This document shows, piece by piece, positions 14,313 through 28,305 of a DNA stretch of 64,000 bases. The DNA is from the human T2T-CHM13v2.0 reference genome, Homo sapiens. The notes under the pieces are model-generated. The model did no database searches. It was not told the DNA's origin and worked only from the letters and a program-made list of their open reading frames with translations. Where the stretch lies: NCBI RefSeq assembly GCF_009914755.1, contig NC_060934.1. One strand, given 5' to 3'. The position numbers and the translations under genes were made by a program. Every line of letters begins with the position of its first letter. Position 1 is the stretch's first letter.

Positions 14313-14587
14313 AATAATTTGAAAATAGTTAATTTAGAAAACATCTCTTAATAGAAAGTTAGAAAAAATAGGCCCAGCCATTTCATTAAGAGATGTTTTC
14401 TAAATTCGGCCTATTTTTTCTAACTTCCTATTATTAAACTTTTCAAATATGTAGAAAAGTATAATAAATGTCCATAAATGTACCATCTAGATTCAAAAAT
14501 ATTTCACTAAATTGTCTTTTTGTCTATAATGATACTACAGAACACTGGAAAGCAAGTTACAAATATCATGACATGTCACTTCCCTTC

Positions 14588-15088
<501 letters not shown>

Positions 15089-15439
15089 ATGACACATCAC
15101 TTCTAACAACTTTAGCTTGTACCTCCCCCAAATAAAGCCATTCTCCTGTATAACAACCCCAATGCCATCATCATACCTAGGAAAACTGGCAACAATTCCC
15201 TAAGATCATCTAATTATCGGGTCCAGATTCAAATGTACCCAACTGTGCCCAACATGGCCTTGACTGCTGTTTTTTGATTTCAGACCAGCGTCCAGTCAGG
15301 GTTCCTGCCCCCTCTGCACTCAGTAAATGCCCACCCTGTTCTCAAGGATCCTGTGACCCCAAGGAGTAGCATGGCTATGTGGAGCCGGGGCTCTGCCCAT
15401 ACTCCTGACCGTGAGAGCAGAGCCAGGTCCAGCCCTTAC

Positions 15440-15532
15440 CTTCAGGAGGGACAGGGTCAGGGAGTCCTGGCAGCTCCGCAGCAGAGATTCACATTCATTC
15501 AGAGACTTGTTGTCCAGTGCAATGCCATTGAT
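15440..15532 (-). CDS. DLG5: DLG5 exon 14 (93 bp, phase 0-0), INGIALDNKSLNECESLLRSCQDSLTLSLLK, PDZ2 end
   Basis: ctctag|ATCAA...TGAAG|gtaagg. Confidence 0.95.
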
Positions 15533-16069
15533 CTAGAGCAGGACAGAGAGCATGTCAGGCCACAGGCAGAGCGGCCTCAGGCCTACCAGTCAGGATCTCT
15601 GCCTACCTAACCTCCTGTGCTAGACAGTCACCAAATGCAAGGTGCCAAAGTCAGGAGTTGGCAAAGGATAGAGGTCTTTCTGGTGAGGCCCAAGGAGTCC
15701 AACTAAGGGGATTCTGAGGTAGAGGAACACATAAGCCTTCACAGCAGGCTAGGGGAGGAGCATGTCCTTCTGGGATCAGAACACCGAGGACCCGGAGGGA
15801 ACATCTTGGCACTGCTGTGCCCGGCCATGTGGCGTGGGACCTTGGCTCAGAACTTCCCAGCTCCTTGCCTCCACAGAGGAAATGGAAGATAAATACATGC
15901 ATGTGGCTCGGGAGAGCGGGGGACTAAAAACAAGACCATGGATAGGAAAGGCCTTGTAGAGAAAGTACCACGCGAAGTGGGGCCCTGTGAGTGTTCACAA
16001 AGAACCTCTCAACCCTGCTCCCGGAATCTCTGCTCACAGCTATGTGCAGACCTTCTTAAGAAGTATATG

Positions 16070-16912
<843 letters not shown>

Positions 16913-17402
16913 AGTCAAGTTTTCTTTTTAAAATATCTGCAGAGTGATTATCTGGAAGTAGTAAATTAATTTGTGGTTTTTTCCTTATAACATATCCACA
17001 TTTAAAAAATTTTCATAGTGGCCATATAGCTTTTACACTCTGGCTCCCCAAAAAATCTGAAAAACATTGGCAAAGATGTGAGGCAATGAGTTCCCCCACA
17101 CACTGCAGGGAGGACTGCAAAAGCCATGACCTTTTTGGAGCAAAGAGGGAAGATCTCGCTGGATGTTAAACATTCATGTCCTCTGACCCAGCAAACCCCA
17201 CCCCCAGGAATGTACCCCAGGGCACACTCCTGGGTCCCTATGAAGTAGCATGTCAGTGGCCATGCAGCACGACACAGATGTAAGTAAGGGCAGAGATGCC
17301 CAGACTATCCCTCGGGAGGGACTGGTCAACAACTTAGGCTGCTGCCACTAAGGAATGACACGCAGTTATATGCCTTGGGGCAGATCTAAAGACGTGAATG
17401 TG

Positions 17403-18033
<631 letters not shown>

Positions 18034-18192
18034 GCAAGATGAGCAACTGAGTATATTATAATCCCATCCAGGTTACCTCAACCCCCCAAAAATGTGTGAG
18101 ATGTACATGTTTTGAAAGTGTCTGGGACATAATATAATAAATTGTTAACAGTGATTGCCATCGGGGTGGGAAGCAGTACACAAGAGGTCTAG

Positions 18193-18612
<420 letters not shown>

Positions 18613-19260
18613 TAAATTTGCATGTCCTATGACTCAGCAATCTCACGGCATTTGTAGCTTAGTCTCAGAGATACCATTACATGTCTCCAGAGGCTCTGTG
18701 CACACAGGTAAAGTTCAATGCAGGACTGTTTGCAATTGCAGACCCTGAAAACAACTTCTATGTCCATCAATAGGTGGATAATTTAAACTACATATAATCA
18801 AACAACAGAATACCATAAGGTGGGTAACATTAGCCAGGCTACACTTGGAAAGATATCCAAGGTAGGATGCGAATTGCAGATCCCATTACTGTACATAAAT
18901 AAGCAAAACAACACCAAGAAATCTATCTAGGTATATATAGATTTGTAGGGGCACATATGGTTTGGGCTGAGTGCTTATCTTCTAAATGGGGGCAGGGACA
19001 ATCTCTAGGAGCAGGATTAAAGGGGGAAGAAAGGGACTGCCACTTTTCACTTTACATATTTTTATATTGCTTGGCTGTTTTACAACAAACAGGACTTACT
19101 TTGGTAACAAAAAAATTTAAAAATAAGTATTACATTTAGTTAAAAAAAAAGGGGTGGCATTTAAAAGTCACAACACAATGATGTCAATTTTTTTAATTGT
19201 CCTTGATAAACATTCATGAGAATGTTAAATGTAGAGAACTACATTTAAAATGTTAATAAA

Positions 19261-19568
19261 GCTGGGTGCTGTGGATCATGCCTGTAATCCCAGAACTTTG
19301 GGAAGCCAAGGCGGGCAGATCACCTGAGGTCAGGAGTTCAAGACCAGCCTGGCCAACATGGTGAAACCCCATCTCTACTAAAAGTACAAAAATTAGCCAG
19401 GCATGGTGGTGCACACCCTGTAATCCCAACTACTCAGGAGGCTGAGGCAGCAGAATCACTTGAACACGAAAGTCAGAGGTTGCAGTGAGCCGGGATTGCG
19501 CCACTGTGTTCTAACCTGGGTGACAGAGCAAGACTCCATATCAAAAAAAAAAAAAAAAAAAAAAAAAA
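19261..19568 (+). mobile_element. Alu
   Basis: Dimer consensus with long A tail. Confidence 0.95.
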
Positions 19569-19939
19569 GTTAATAGAGGTTATCTACAGGTGGTACCAAA
19601 GCAAGTGGTTCTTATTTCCCGCTTAGGCCTTTGGAGGTTGCAGTGAGCTGGGATTGCGTCACTGCACTCCAGCCTGAGGGACAGAGAGAGATAGAGAAAG
19701 GTTATCTACAGGTGGTAGCAATGCAATTGATTCTTATTTCCCTCCCAGACCTTTTATTTCCTAATTTTCTACAGTAAATAGAAACATACCATCAAGAAAC
19801 CTATTTTTAAATGTTCACATAGTACAATGCCCACAACAAGGAAAATATAAAAACTTTGCTCATTACTTCTTGCTCAAACCTCCCAAATGTAATCTGCCTA
19901 TGCACGGCAGATGACCCTGGCTCCAGCCTTGAGACTTAC

Positions 19940-20043
19940 CGCAACGATCCTGTCTCCCACAGCAAGGGACCCTTCTTTAGCGGCAGGGCTTCCAGGCAGC
20001 ACAGCGGCAGCATACACTCCATTCTCCAGACTGATGCCACTGT
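19940..20043 (-). CDS. DLG5: DLG5 exon 13 (104 bp), DSGISLENGVYAAAVLPGSPAAKEGSLAVGDRIVA, PDZ2
   Basis: cttgcag|ACAGT...TTGCG|gtaagt; typical PDZ GSPA..G.L.VGD motif. Confidence 0.95.
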
Positions 20044-20412
20044 CTGCAAGCCACAGGAGGTCACTGGGTAGCCCCTGGCCTCGCTGCCCAGCCCTGGGTC
20101 ACCCTACCTCATCTTTGTTACCATCTTCTTACAAAAGAGGATGTCAGCAGGCTGCGCCCTGTCTACGCCTGCACCCTGCCCCAGTCCCACCAATCGGGGG
20201 CTCAGTTACATCTACCCTGGTGAATCAAACACTCAGAAAGCAAGACTCAGGGCCCAGACCACCTCTTGCCAGAAAAGCACATGGGCTACATTTAAATGGC
20301 ATTGGCCCCTCATCCCTGTGAATGAGGTGCTCTAAGGGGCACCCCCGGCCCCTGTCCACAAAAAAGGGCCCCAGCCACCTGAGGCACTCTGCCATGTTCA
20401 CAGGCCCGCTAC

Positions 20413-20588
20413 CTTTCTGTCCACTGAGGTTGATGTGCAGCGGCGTGACCACCTTCCCACCCAGGGACTTCCTCCGCCGCACGACCATGTTGATGGCCCC
20501 CTCCCCATTGAGGAGCGCCTTGATGGCCTGCTTCTTGTCCTTGTTGATGAGGTCCACATCGTTGATTCTCAGCAGCCAGTCATTGACC
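20413..20588 (-). CDS. DLG5: DLG5 exon 12 (176 bp), VNDWLLRINDVDL...HINLSGQK, PDZ1 end and PDZ2 start
   Basis: ctcag|GGTCA...GAAAG|gtagcg; ORF 20225..20653. Confidence 0.96.
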
Positions 20589-20749
20589 CTGAGAAAGGGC
20601 ACAGCCAGTTCAGCACCCACACAGGCTGTGGGACCAGCGGCTACCGCCCACAACTCTCACTCAGGGGGCTGACTGCCAAGGAGTGGGTGCCTCACATACA
20701 CGCTCAGAAAATCTCCTCTTGCAGGAGTGCACAGTGGTGAAATTTGCAA

Positions 20750-20970
20750 ATGCTGAGGTTAGACAGCCTGGGTTCAAATCCTGGCCCTACCACTTACTAG
20801 TTGTATGACCTAGCCCCTCCAGGCCTCAGCGTCTTCATATGTAAAATGGGGGCAATAATCACGCCTACCTTGTAGGATTGTAAAGATTAATCAATTAATT
20901 TCTATAAAGTGCTTAAACCAGTACTCAGCAAATAGCACTGTAATAGTGTTAGCTATTTTATCATCATGAC
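20750..20970 (+). mobile_element. MIR
   Basis: cctgggttcaaatcctggc...ctcagcgtcttcatatgtaaaatgggg MIR core. Confidence 0.8.
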
Positions 20971-21274
20971 TATTTCCCTGAATGAGCATGCCATGTACAT
21001 CCTGGGCTCTCACGCATACCCCTTGAGCACTTTCCCACCCAAAGGAGCAAAAGACAGTACCTGGTAACTAAAGAATAATCAGATTCAGAGGCAACTGAGA
21101 AGCACTGTTTCTTTCGGAGCATTATTAGCTGCTGAGACTGCAGGCCTTGGACAGACTGTGTGTGAGTCTAAGGCTGGGAAACGTTCACCTAAGTGCTACC
21201 TGGTTCTCTTCGGGTCCTCTGCACTGGGAAGAAGGGCCCCACCTTGCCTCCAGAGCCTGGGCCTCAACTCTTAC

Positions 21275-21402
21275 CTTAAGCGGCCATCAGCAATGCTTCC
21301 TTTGTCCACTTTAGTGACAAATATGCCACAGTCCCCCGGGAAACAAGGCTCATTCACACCTTCTGCCATATCAAACCCCAGTGCCTTCAAGTCAATATCC
21401 TC
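21275..21402 (-). CDS. DLG5: DLG5 exon 11 (128 bp), EDIDLKALGFDMAEGVNEPCFPGDCGIFVTKVDKGSIADGRLR, PDZ1
   Basis: ttttgcag|GAGGA...TTAAG|gtaaga; ALGF carboxylate-binding loop and GIFVTKV strand. Confidence 0.95.
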
Positions 21403-21798
21403 CTGCAAAAACAGCAGCAACAGCAACGCATTTCACAAAGCAGTGACAGAGACATTTGGCTCTTAAGCCCCGAAGCTGCCCACTCCAATGTGGGGGACTG
21501 TCCCTTCACCTCATCTGATAAGACACTCCATCCCCAGGATGGAAACCTATGAGTATCTGCAACCTGCCCCTTCTGGCCACTGCAGACAGACATCCCTGTC
21601 AGCGTCCTCCGAGGACCCTGCCCTTCCCCAGCTGCAACCCAGCCTGGACAGCTGCTGGGAAAGGATGCCTCACACTCCTGGGAGGAAAAGGAGAACCTCC
21701 AAACTTGGAGTGGTGAAACTGGGAGATACTGCAAGCGGGTCACCGTCTCCTCCTTCATCCATCAGAGAAGGAGAGAAGAACCATCAGAGGCAGCTTAC

Positions 21799-21931
21799 CG
21801 TCTCCCTCTGGAACTCTACAACTTCCGTTTCCCACTCCATGGAATCCGTGTCAATGGCCGAGTCGTGGGAGCTGTGGGCCATCAGCTGTCGGAACCGGGC
21901 CTCCTTTTCCAACTGGGATTCCATCTGTTCC
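21799..21931 (-). CDS. DLG5: DLG5 exon 10 (133 bp), EQMESQLEKEARF...METEVVEFQRET region, end of coiled coil and start of PDZ1
   Basis: ttcacag|GGAAC...AGACG|gtaagc; ORF 21784..21984. Confidence 0.96.
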
Positions 21932-22177
21932 CTGTGAACAGAGAGAGCCACGGTGACAGCCCCTTGGGAGGTGAAACATCCCACTGCGTAACGGCTCTGA
22001 ACCTCACGAGGCAGGCCATTTGAAAGAGCTAAAATGGGTTCCTTTCCCCCTTGTTTCCCAATAACTCAGAGTCAGGTCAAGGCTGCTGGGATATCTGTGA
22101 GTTTTCACAGTGGTTTTTTAAAAAAGACAAATTCTCCCCAAATTTATCTAGAGGTTTAACACAATTAAAATCAAAAT

Positions 22178-22480
22178 GCCAGCTGGGCACAGTGGTTCAT
22201 GCCTGTAATCCCAGCACTTTGGGAGGCCGAGACAGGCAGATCACCAGAAGTCAGGAGTTTGAGACCAGCCTGACCGACATGGTGAAACCTCGTCTCTACT
22301 AAAAATACAAAAATTAGCCGGGCGTGGTGGCATGTGCCTGTAACCTCGGCTACTCAGGAGGCAGGAGAATTACTTGAATCAGGGAGGCAGAGGTTGCAGG
22401 GAGTGGAGGTCACACCGCTGCACTCCAGCCTGGCGACAGAGTGAAACTCCATCTCAAAAAAAAAATAAAATTTAATTTAA
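22178..22480 (+). mobile_element. Alu inserted into an old L1 fragment (~22120-22870); TSD aaaatcaaaatgcca
   Basis: Dimer consensus; flanks resemble L1 ORF2 (ctacagcaatcaagactgtgtg). Confidence 0.9.
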
Positions 22481-22983
22481 AAAATAAAATCAAAATGCCA
22501 ACAAGATTTTTGTAGATATAGACGGCTATTCTAAAATGTATACAAAAAGGCATCAGAATCACTAAAACTATTTTGAAAATGACTAAAGTGGGAGGAAACT
22601 CTCTACCCAATTTAAGACTTAGTATACAGCTACAGCAATCAAGACTGTGTGCTGCTGTCAGGGAGACAGACACACAGGTCTGTAGAACAGAATAAGGAAC
22701 CTAGGAATGCCCCAAGTCACCAAAGGTGCATAAGTTAACAGAGGAAGGACAGCCTCCAACTAATGATGCTGGAGCGACTGCACATCCATGGCCAAAGAAA
22801 TGTATCTCAACCTAAACCTCTTAACCTCGGATAAAAGTTAACGCCAACTATATCACAAATTGAAATGCAAACTGACAGAAGCAGCAACAGAAATACCACT
22901 TAAATAGTTATATTAGGATGAAGATGTAGTTCTTAACATTTCCTTTAATGCCATTGTTACAATTTTAAAAAATGTTCACTGAT

Positions 22984-23260
22984 GGCCGGATGCGGAGGCT
23001 CACGCCTGTAATCCCAGCACTTCAGGAGGCAGAGGTAAGTGGATCACTTGAGGTCAGGGGTTCAAGACCAGCCTGGCCAACATGGTAAAACCCCGTCTCT
23101 ACCAAAAATACAAAAATTAGCCAGGTGTGGTAACATGCACCTGTAATCCCAGCTACTCAGGAGGCTGAGGTACAAGAATCACCTGAACCCAGGAAGCAGA
23201 GGTTGCAGTGAGCAAAGACTATACCACTGCACTCTAGCCTGGGCATCTCAAAAAAAAAAA
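22984..23260 (+). mobile_element. Alu
   Basis: Dimer consensus. Confidence 0.93.
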
Positions 23261-24603
23261 TTTGATAGATTTGACTTCATCAAAATTATAAATATTAGCT
23301 CAGAGAAAGACCTAGTAATGAAGATGTGAAAGAGAGACTCAGAAGCCTCGTTATATCCTCAGGTGACTTGCCTGTGACACCCTTCCTGAAATCTGGGCCC
23401 AGGCTGCCTTGCCAGCTCATGAACACTGCCCACTGGGCTCCTGACCTACTTGTGTTTCCTGCTCCAGCAGACAGGCCCCAGGGCCGCACCTTTGCCTAGG
23501 CTGTGCTCTCACCAGCCAGCTCTAGAATGCCACTCAGCCTCCAGGGCAGAGCTCCAATGCCTTCCAACACTGCCCCAGCCCCTCCCCAGGCCAGTGCAGC
23601 TGAGCTCAGCATTCAATGCTCACTATACCTGTCTCATCTGGCATTACCAGGGAGTGCCTGAGGCTTCCCAGGCAGCAACACAGACCCCCTCACCAGCATC
23701 CTGCCAGTTAGAGAACTTAGCAGACAGGAGGCACAAATGCAAACATGCTGAATGAACACACAAGCTGAATGCACAAGCTTCAGGCAACTCTGGCCCAAAC
23801 AAGAGGCAAAATGTCCCATGTTCACGGCCAGAGATTCTAGGCTTTCCCTTCGAAGAGAACCCCTTGATTCCATCACATTGCTAGACCCAAGATGGTTCCT
23901 GTGAAGAGTCTTGCCTTGCCTCTTAACCCCTATAATATTCCTGAGAGCACCCAAGCTCCAGAGAGTCTGGGTTTTTATAGAATAAATGGAGCTCTTTGTC
24001 TCATTAGGAATTTTACTGAATGGGAAAGAAGAGAAGCTGTCACTCCCTTCTGACGGGCAGCACTTGAGTGTGCAAGGCTTGCACACTTGCACTCACACAC
24101 GAGCTTCTCACTGCCCCCTCACCACACTAACAGCTAGGGAAATGTCGCACAATGGATGGAGAGCCACTGCTTTCCTACTAGATTTGGGTTTTAGACCACG
24201 GCCTATTGGGCTCTGCCAATTTCTATGCTTAAACCCTGATCTTTGTATTTCAATGCACTACTAAAGGCCACTGAGTGTTTAAATGACACCCTGGGAGGCT
24301 GCTGTAATCGAGGGGAGGATGTCTGACACCCCAAATGGTCTTCCAAATGGGCGTCCAAATAACACAAGCAGAACAGACTGCTGGATGGGGGTTGCAATTG
24401 CCTTTAAAACTCTAAATCACAATCTGTCGTCATCTTACTCATTTACGTACTTGTCTCTTAGATGGACCTGACCTTGGTCTGTGTCTCTTCCTGCGCACTG
24501 TGAGCCCATGAGGAAAGGGACTTGGTATGCTTGTCAGTGCCATTTCTCCAGTGCCTCTAATGGAGGCTGGCCCATACAGAGCAGGTACTTAAAAAATCTC
24601 TGC

Positions 24604-24650
24604 GAGTGAGTGAGTGAGTGAGTGAGTGAGTAGGGGAATGAATGAATGGA
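24604..24650. repeat. (GAGT)n/(GAAT)n simple repeat at an L2 3' tail
   Basis: gagtgagtgagt...gaatgaatgaat after caggtacttaaaaaat. Confidence 0.8.
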
Positions 24651-24968
24651 TAACACATGCATGCCTGCCCCAGATGGACTGCTTGGGAACAGGGTCCTCC
24701 CTTCCTAGTGCCTTGGCACATGGTGCCTGCCCTGTGTCTAAGAATTTTTGGCCTAAGAATTTCTAATTAACCCTACATGGAGATGACATTCGAACCCATT
24801 CTACACACTGACAGAGTAAGGCAGAGTGAAGTGAAGGGACAAACAGCCAGCTCGACGCAGAAGGATGAGGCCCTGGCCAATGCACTCAGCATTGCCTTGC
24901 CCAGAAGGGAGAGGGGCCCCAGGCTCCCAGATGCATGCCCACTCCAGCGGGTGCCCACCCGAGCCTAC

Positions 24969-25094
24969 TTGAGCTCCTTCAGCTCGCGGCTGACATCATT
25001 CTTCTGCTTGCGGGTGTCATCCAGGCTGCGCAGGGCCTCAGCCAGCTCGCTCACCGCACGGTCCCGCTCCCGCCTCAGGTTGTCACACAGTGTC
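24969..25094 (-). CDS. DLG5: DLG5 exon 9 (126 bp), TLCDNLRRERDRAVSELAEALRSLDDTRKQKNDVSRELKELK
   Basis: caccag|GACAC...CTCAA|gtaggc; manual translation. Confidence 0.94.
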
Positions 25095-26798
25095 CTGGTG
25101 GAAGGAGCAGAGGACAAGGTCATCTCAAGAGGCATGGGGAAGGGGGTTCCTGGTCTGCAGCGGATGGTCTGGCCACCTCACTCCAAATACCTGCCGGCAC
25201 CTATCCCATCCCCAGATGCACAGGAACACTTGGGAATCTAGGGGTAAGACCACCTAGGCCAGCCCCAGTGCATGACAGAGGGAATGTGGAGGACCTGGGC
25301 AGGGAAGAGACACCCCCACAGTCACCCGGCAACAAGTGTCAGGTTCCCAATGCCCTGTTTCACCCTCAATGTGCCTGGGGTTAAGGACCACCCTCTGCAC
25401 ACACTCACTGTTCTAATGCCAACTTGGGGAGCCAGGGGGTGGCTCTCCTCTGCATGAAGCACCCCCCACCTGCCTGGCAGGCCTGTGCTCCAGCACTACC
25501 ACATGTCTCATATCTACCCACAGGCAGAGCTTTCTAGAGCTGTCCCTGTACCCTGCAACTAGGAAGGGAGCCCCTTCGGATACCAGCCAGTCCTCATGCA
25601 TCTCTGTCTCTATTAGCTCTGTGCAGGTGCAAAGTACAAGCTTGGCAAGACTCTATGAAAGAGGACCCCAAGGAGGTGGAAACAGATTACCTGGCTGTGG
25701 AGGGGCCTGGGCTCTGTGCCACCTCCAGAAATGGACATACCCAGAGGACTGGTTCCTACCTCTCCACAGCCTCGAATCTCCCCCAGCCTCAGTCAGAGCC
25801 CGGCTGAGGAATGCCCCCTGGAGACACCCGTGGAAGGGGTCTGAGCAGAAGCAGACAGGAAGCAGCCCCTGGGCCTCCCTCCCCTTGCACTGGGCACCTA
25901 ACTGTGCTCTCCATTAGCAGGGCCTCACCACCTAGCCATCCTCATCTCCTGACCAGCCCCTAGAGACATTGGTCTCTCCCCTGACAAACCACAAGAAATC
26001 TTTTGGACACCTCCCAAATAGCAAGACATTATCTCTCCCCACCCCAAACATCACCACCACCACCACCATAGCCTCTCCTGGTTCCTCCCCAGCCAAGGTT
26101 CAAGCCCACACTGCTTGGCTTCCCTTTCAAGGCCTCTACACCTGCCCCTGGGAATCTCGCCAGCCTGCCCTCCCCACGACTTGCCCACGTCCCTGCCCTG
26201 AGCACACTCCACAGGTGCCCTCCATCTGCAATGTCCTTCCCCCTTTTCCACCTGGAAAAACCCCACTCATGCTTCCAGTTCTAGTGCGAATGCCACACTC
26301 TCTGGGGAGACCTCCCCACACCCCAGGGAGCCCTGCATGCCCCCCACAGCCCTAGAGCTCAGTTACACATCTTCCTCCCTCACTGCCGTGCCTGACCAAG
26401 CCTCTCCCAAGGTCTCCTTGCTCCAGAGATCTAAGACCCTGGCACACAGTAGGCGCCCGGTGAATACTGCTGAAAGGACACACTTCGGATGTGCTCTTCT
26501 CATCAGAAACCCTCAAATAAAAGAGGTCGGCCTCGTGCCCCTTCACAGCGGTCTCACGTGGACATAGTACACACTTGGGACACCTAGGGCTGAGTGAGAT
26601 GGGAGGGAGAAACAATGGAAAATTCTAAAACTAAGAGGCAAGGCTAGGGCATCAACTAGGGGTGAGAAAGGAGGAGCCCAGGTCCCTCCCACTTTACCTG
26701 GACATACAGTAAATGATTCTGACCCTCCCAACAGACCCTAGCAGGTCCCCTCATCCTGGGGAGACGCAAGCCCACGCCAGCTTGAGGTCACCCCATAC

Positions 26799-26983
26799 CG
26801 GATGCTGTCACGCTCTGCTACAATCTTGTCTCGCTCCTGGAAGGCCCAGTCCCGCCGGCACTTGGCCACATCCGCCTCCTGGAGGGCTTCCTTCAGCTCC
26901 TGGCACAGAGCCTTGCACTGCTTTCGAAGGATTTCAACCTCCTTGTTGGCTCTCCCAGCATCCATTGTCACCGTGTCTTTGAT
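26799..26983 (-). CDS. DLG5: DLG5 exon 8 (185 bp), IKDTVTMDAG...VAERDSIR
   Basis: caccag|ATCAA...ATCCG|gtatgg; ORF 26738..27142. Confidence 0.96.
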
Positions 26984-27993
26984 CTGGTGGGAGCAAGGGG
27001 CAGGAAGAGGGAGAGGTTGCTGAGCCTCATGGACCAGGAGCGCCTCCCACCAGTGCGGGGGCCAAGGCTGAGGCTCTAGGGAGCTGGATGGAGGGAAACA
27101 CGGAGCCCATCGCAGCACACCCCATACCCCCAGTGACTGCACCCCACAGCCACGGTCCTATTAACCAGCACCCCCTAGCCCCCGCCATGTCTGTGATCCT
27201 ATAATCTGGCATACTGAGTTATTTTTAAAGACAAAAATACACCAGTATTCCTGCTGGTGAAGTGCTGTGTATCTCAGTTCATTTAAAAAGCTGAAATCCA
27301 AAGCATTTGCATCTTGACACATCCCTAGAGAGGTATATGCTCCACTAAAATTTCAAGTCAAACTCTTAGTAGCACTCATATGAAAACCCCCTCCACACCT
27401 CTATAATCCTTAGACAACACAGGGAAATGACGGATGACAAAGCAAGTGTTTACTGCAAGAATAACTCCTCCTCCCGCTTGAGGCTTTCCAAACATGCAAA
27501 AGAGAAGCACGACAGCAGAGGCGCTGATGACACTGGTGTCCCCGCCCCGAGACTCTCCACCCCCAAGTGCTAGGACACAGGAAGACACACACGCACAGGA
27601 AGAAAGCTTCCGTTCCCTCTAAAGATCATTCTCCAGACAGCAGGAGACAGCAGCCTCTACAAAAATGTGTTCAGAAAGATCTCAGACGTAGAAAACAAGA
27701 GAAGAGAATGAAGTTGACAAGAAAACACCTGGAGTCAGTTGATAATTCCCCTCATCTCTGAAAACAGAGGCAGAGGAGCTGAAAAATAATTTGCACAAAA
27801 AGGACCATCAAAACTCGAGGGTGACAGTGCAGTGGCAGGCTTTCCTCAGACCTCACGGTTTCTGGGGGTCATTCAAATCATTTCAGTTTTGATTTTTTTT
27901 TCAGCTTTACATGGTATGCTGTGTTTGTTTAGTTTGCTATTTTCAAAAAAAAAAATCCTTCTTAAATTTTCATTTTAGAAAGAATTATTTGGG

Positions 27994-28305
<312 letters not shown>

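Noticed and set aside
21398-21406. NAGNAG (CAG GAG) acceptor at exon 11
   Set aside because: GAG is rarely used as a distal acceptor; no supporting evidence
27200-27960. AT-richer block (also 30600-30960) that may be an ancient hAT transposon remnant
   Set aside because: I could not identify TIRs or a family from memory; needs a Dfam search
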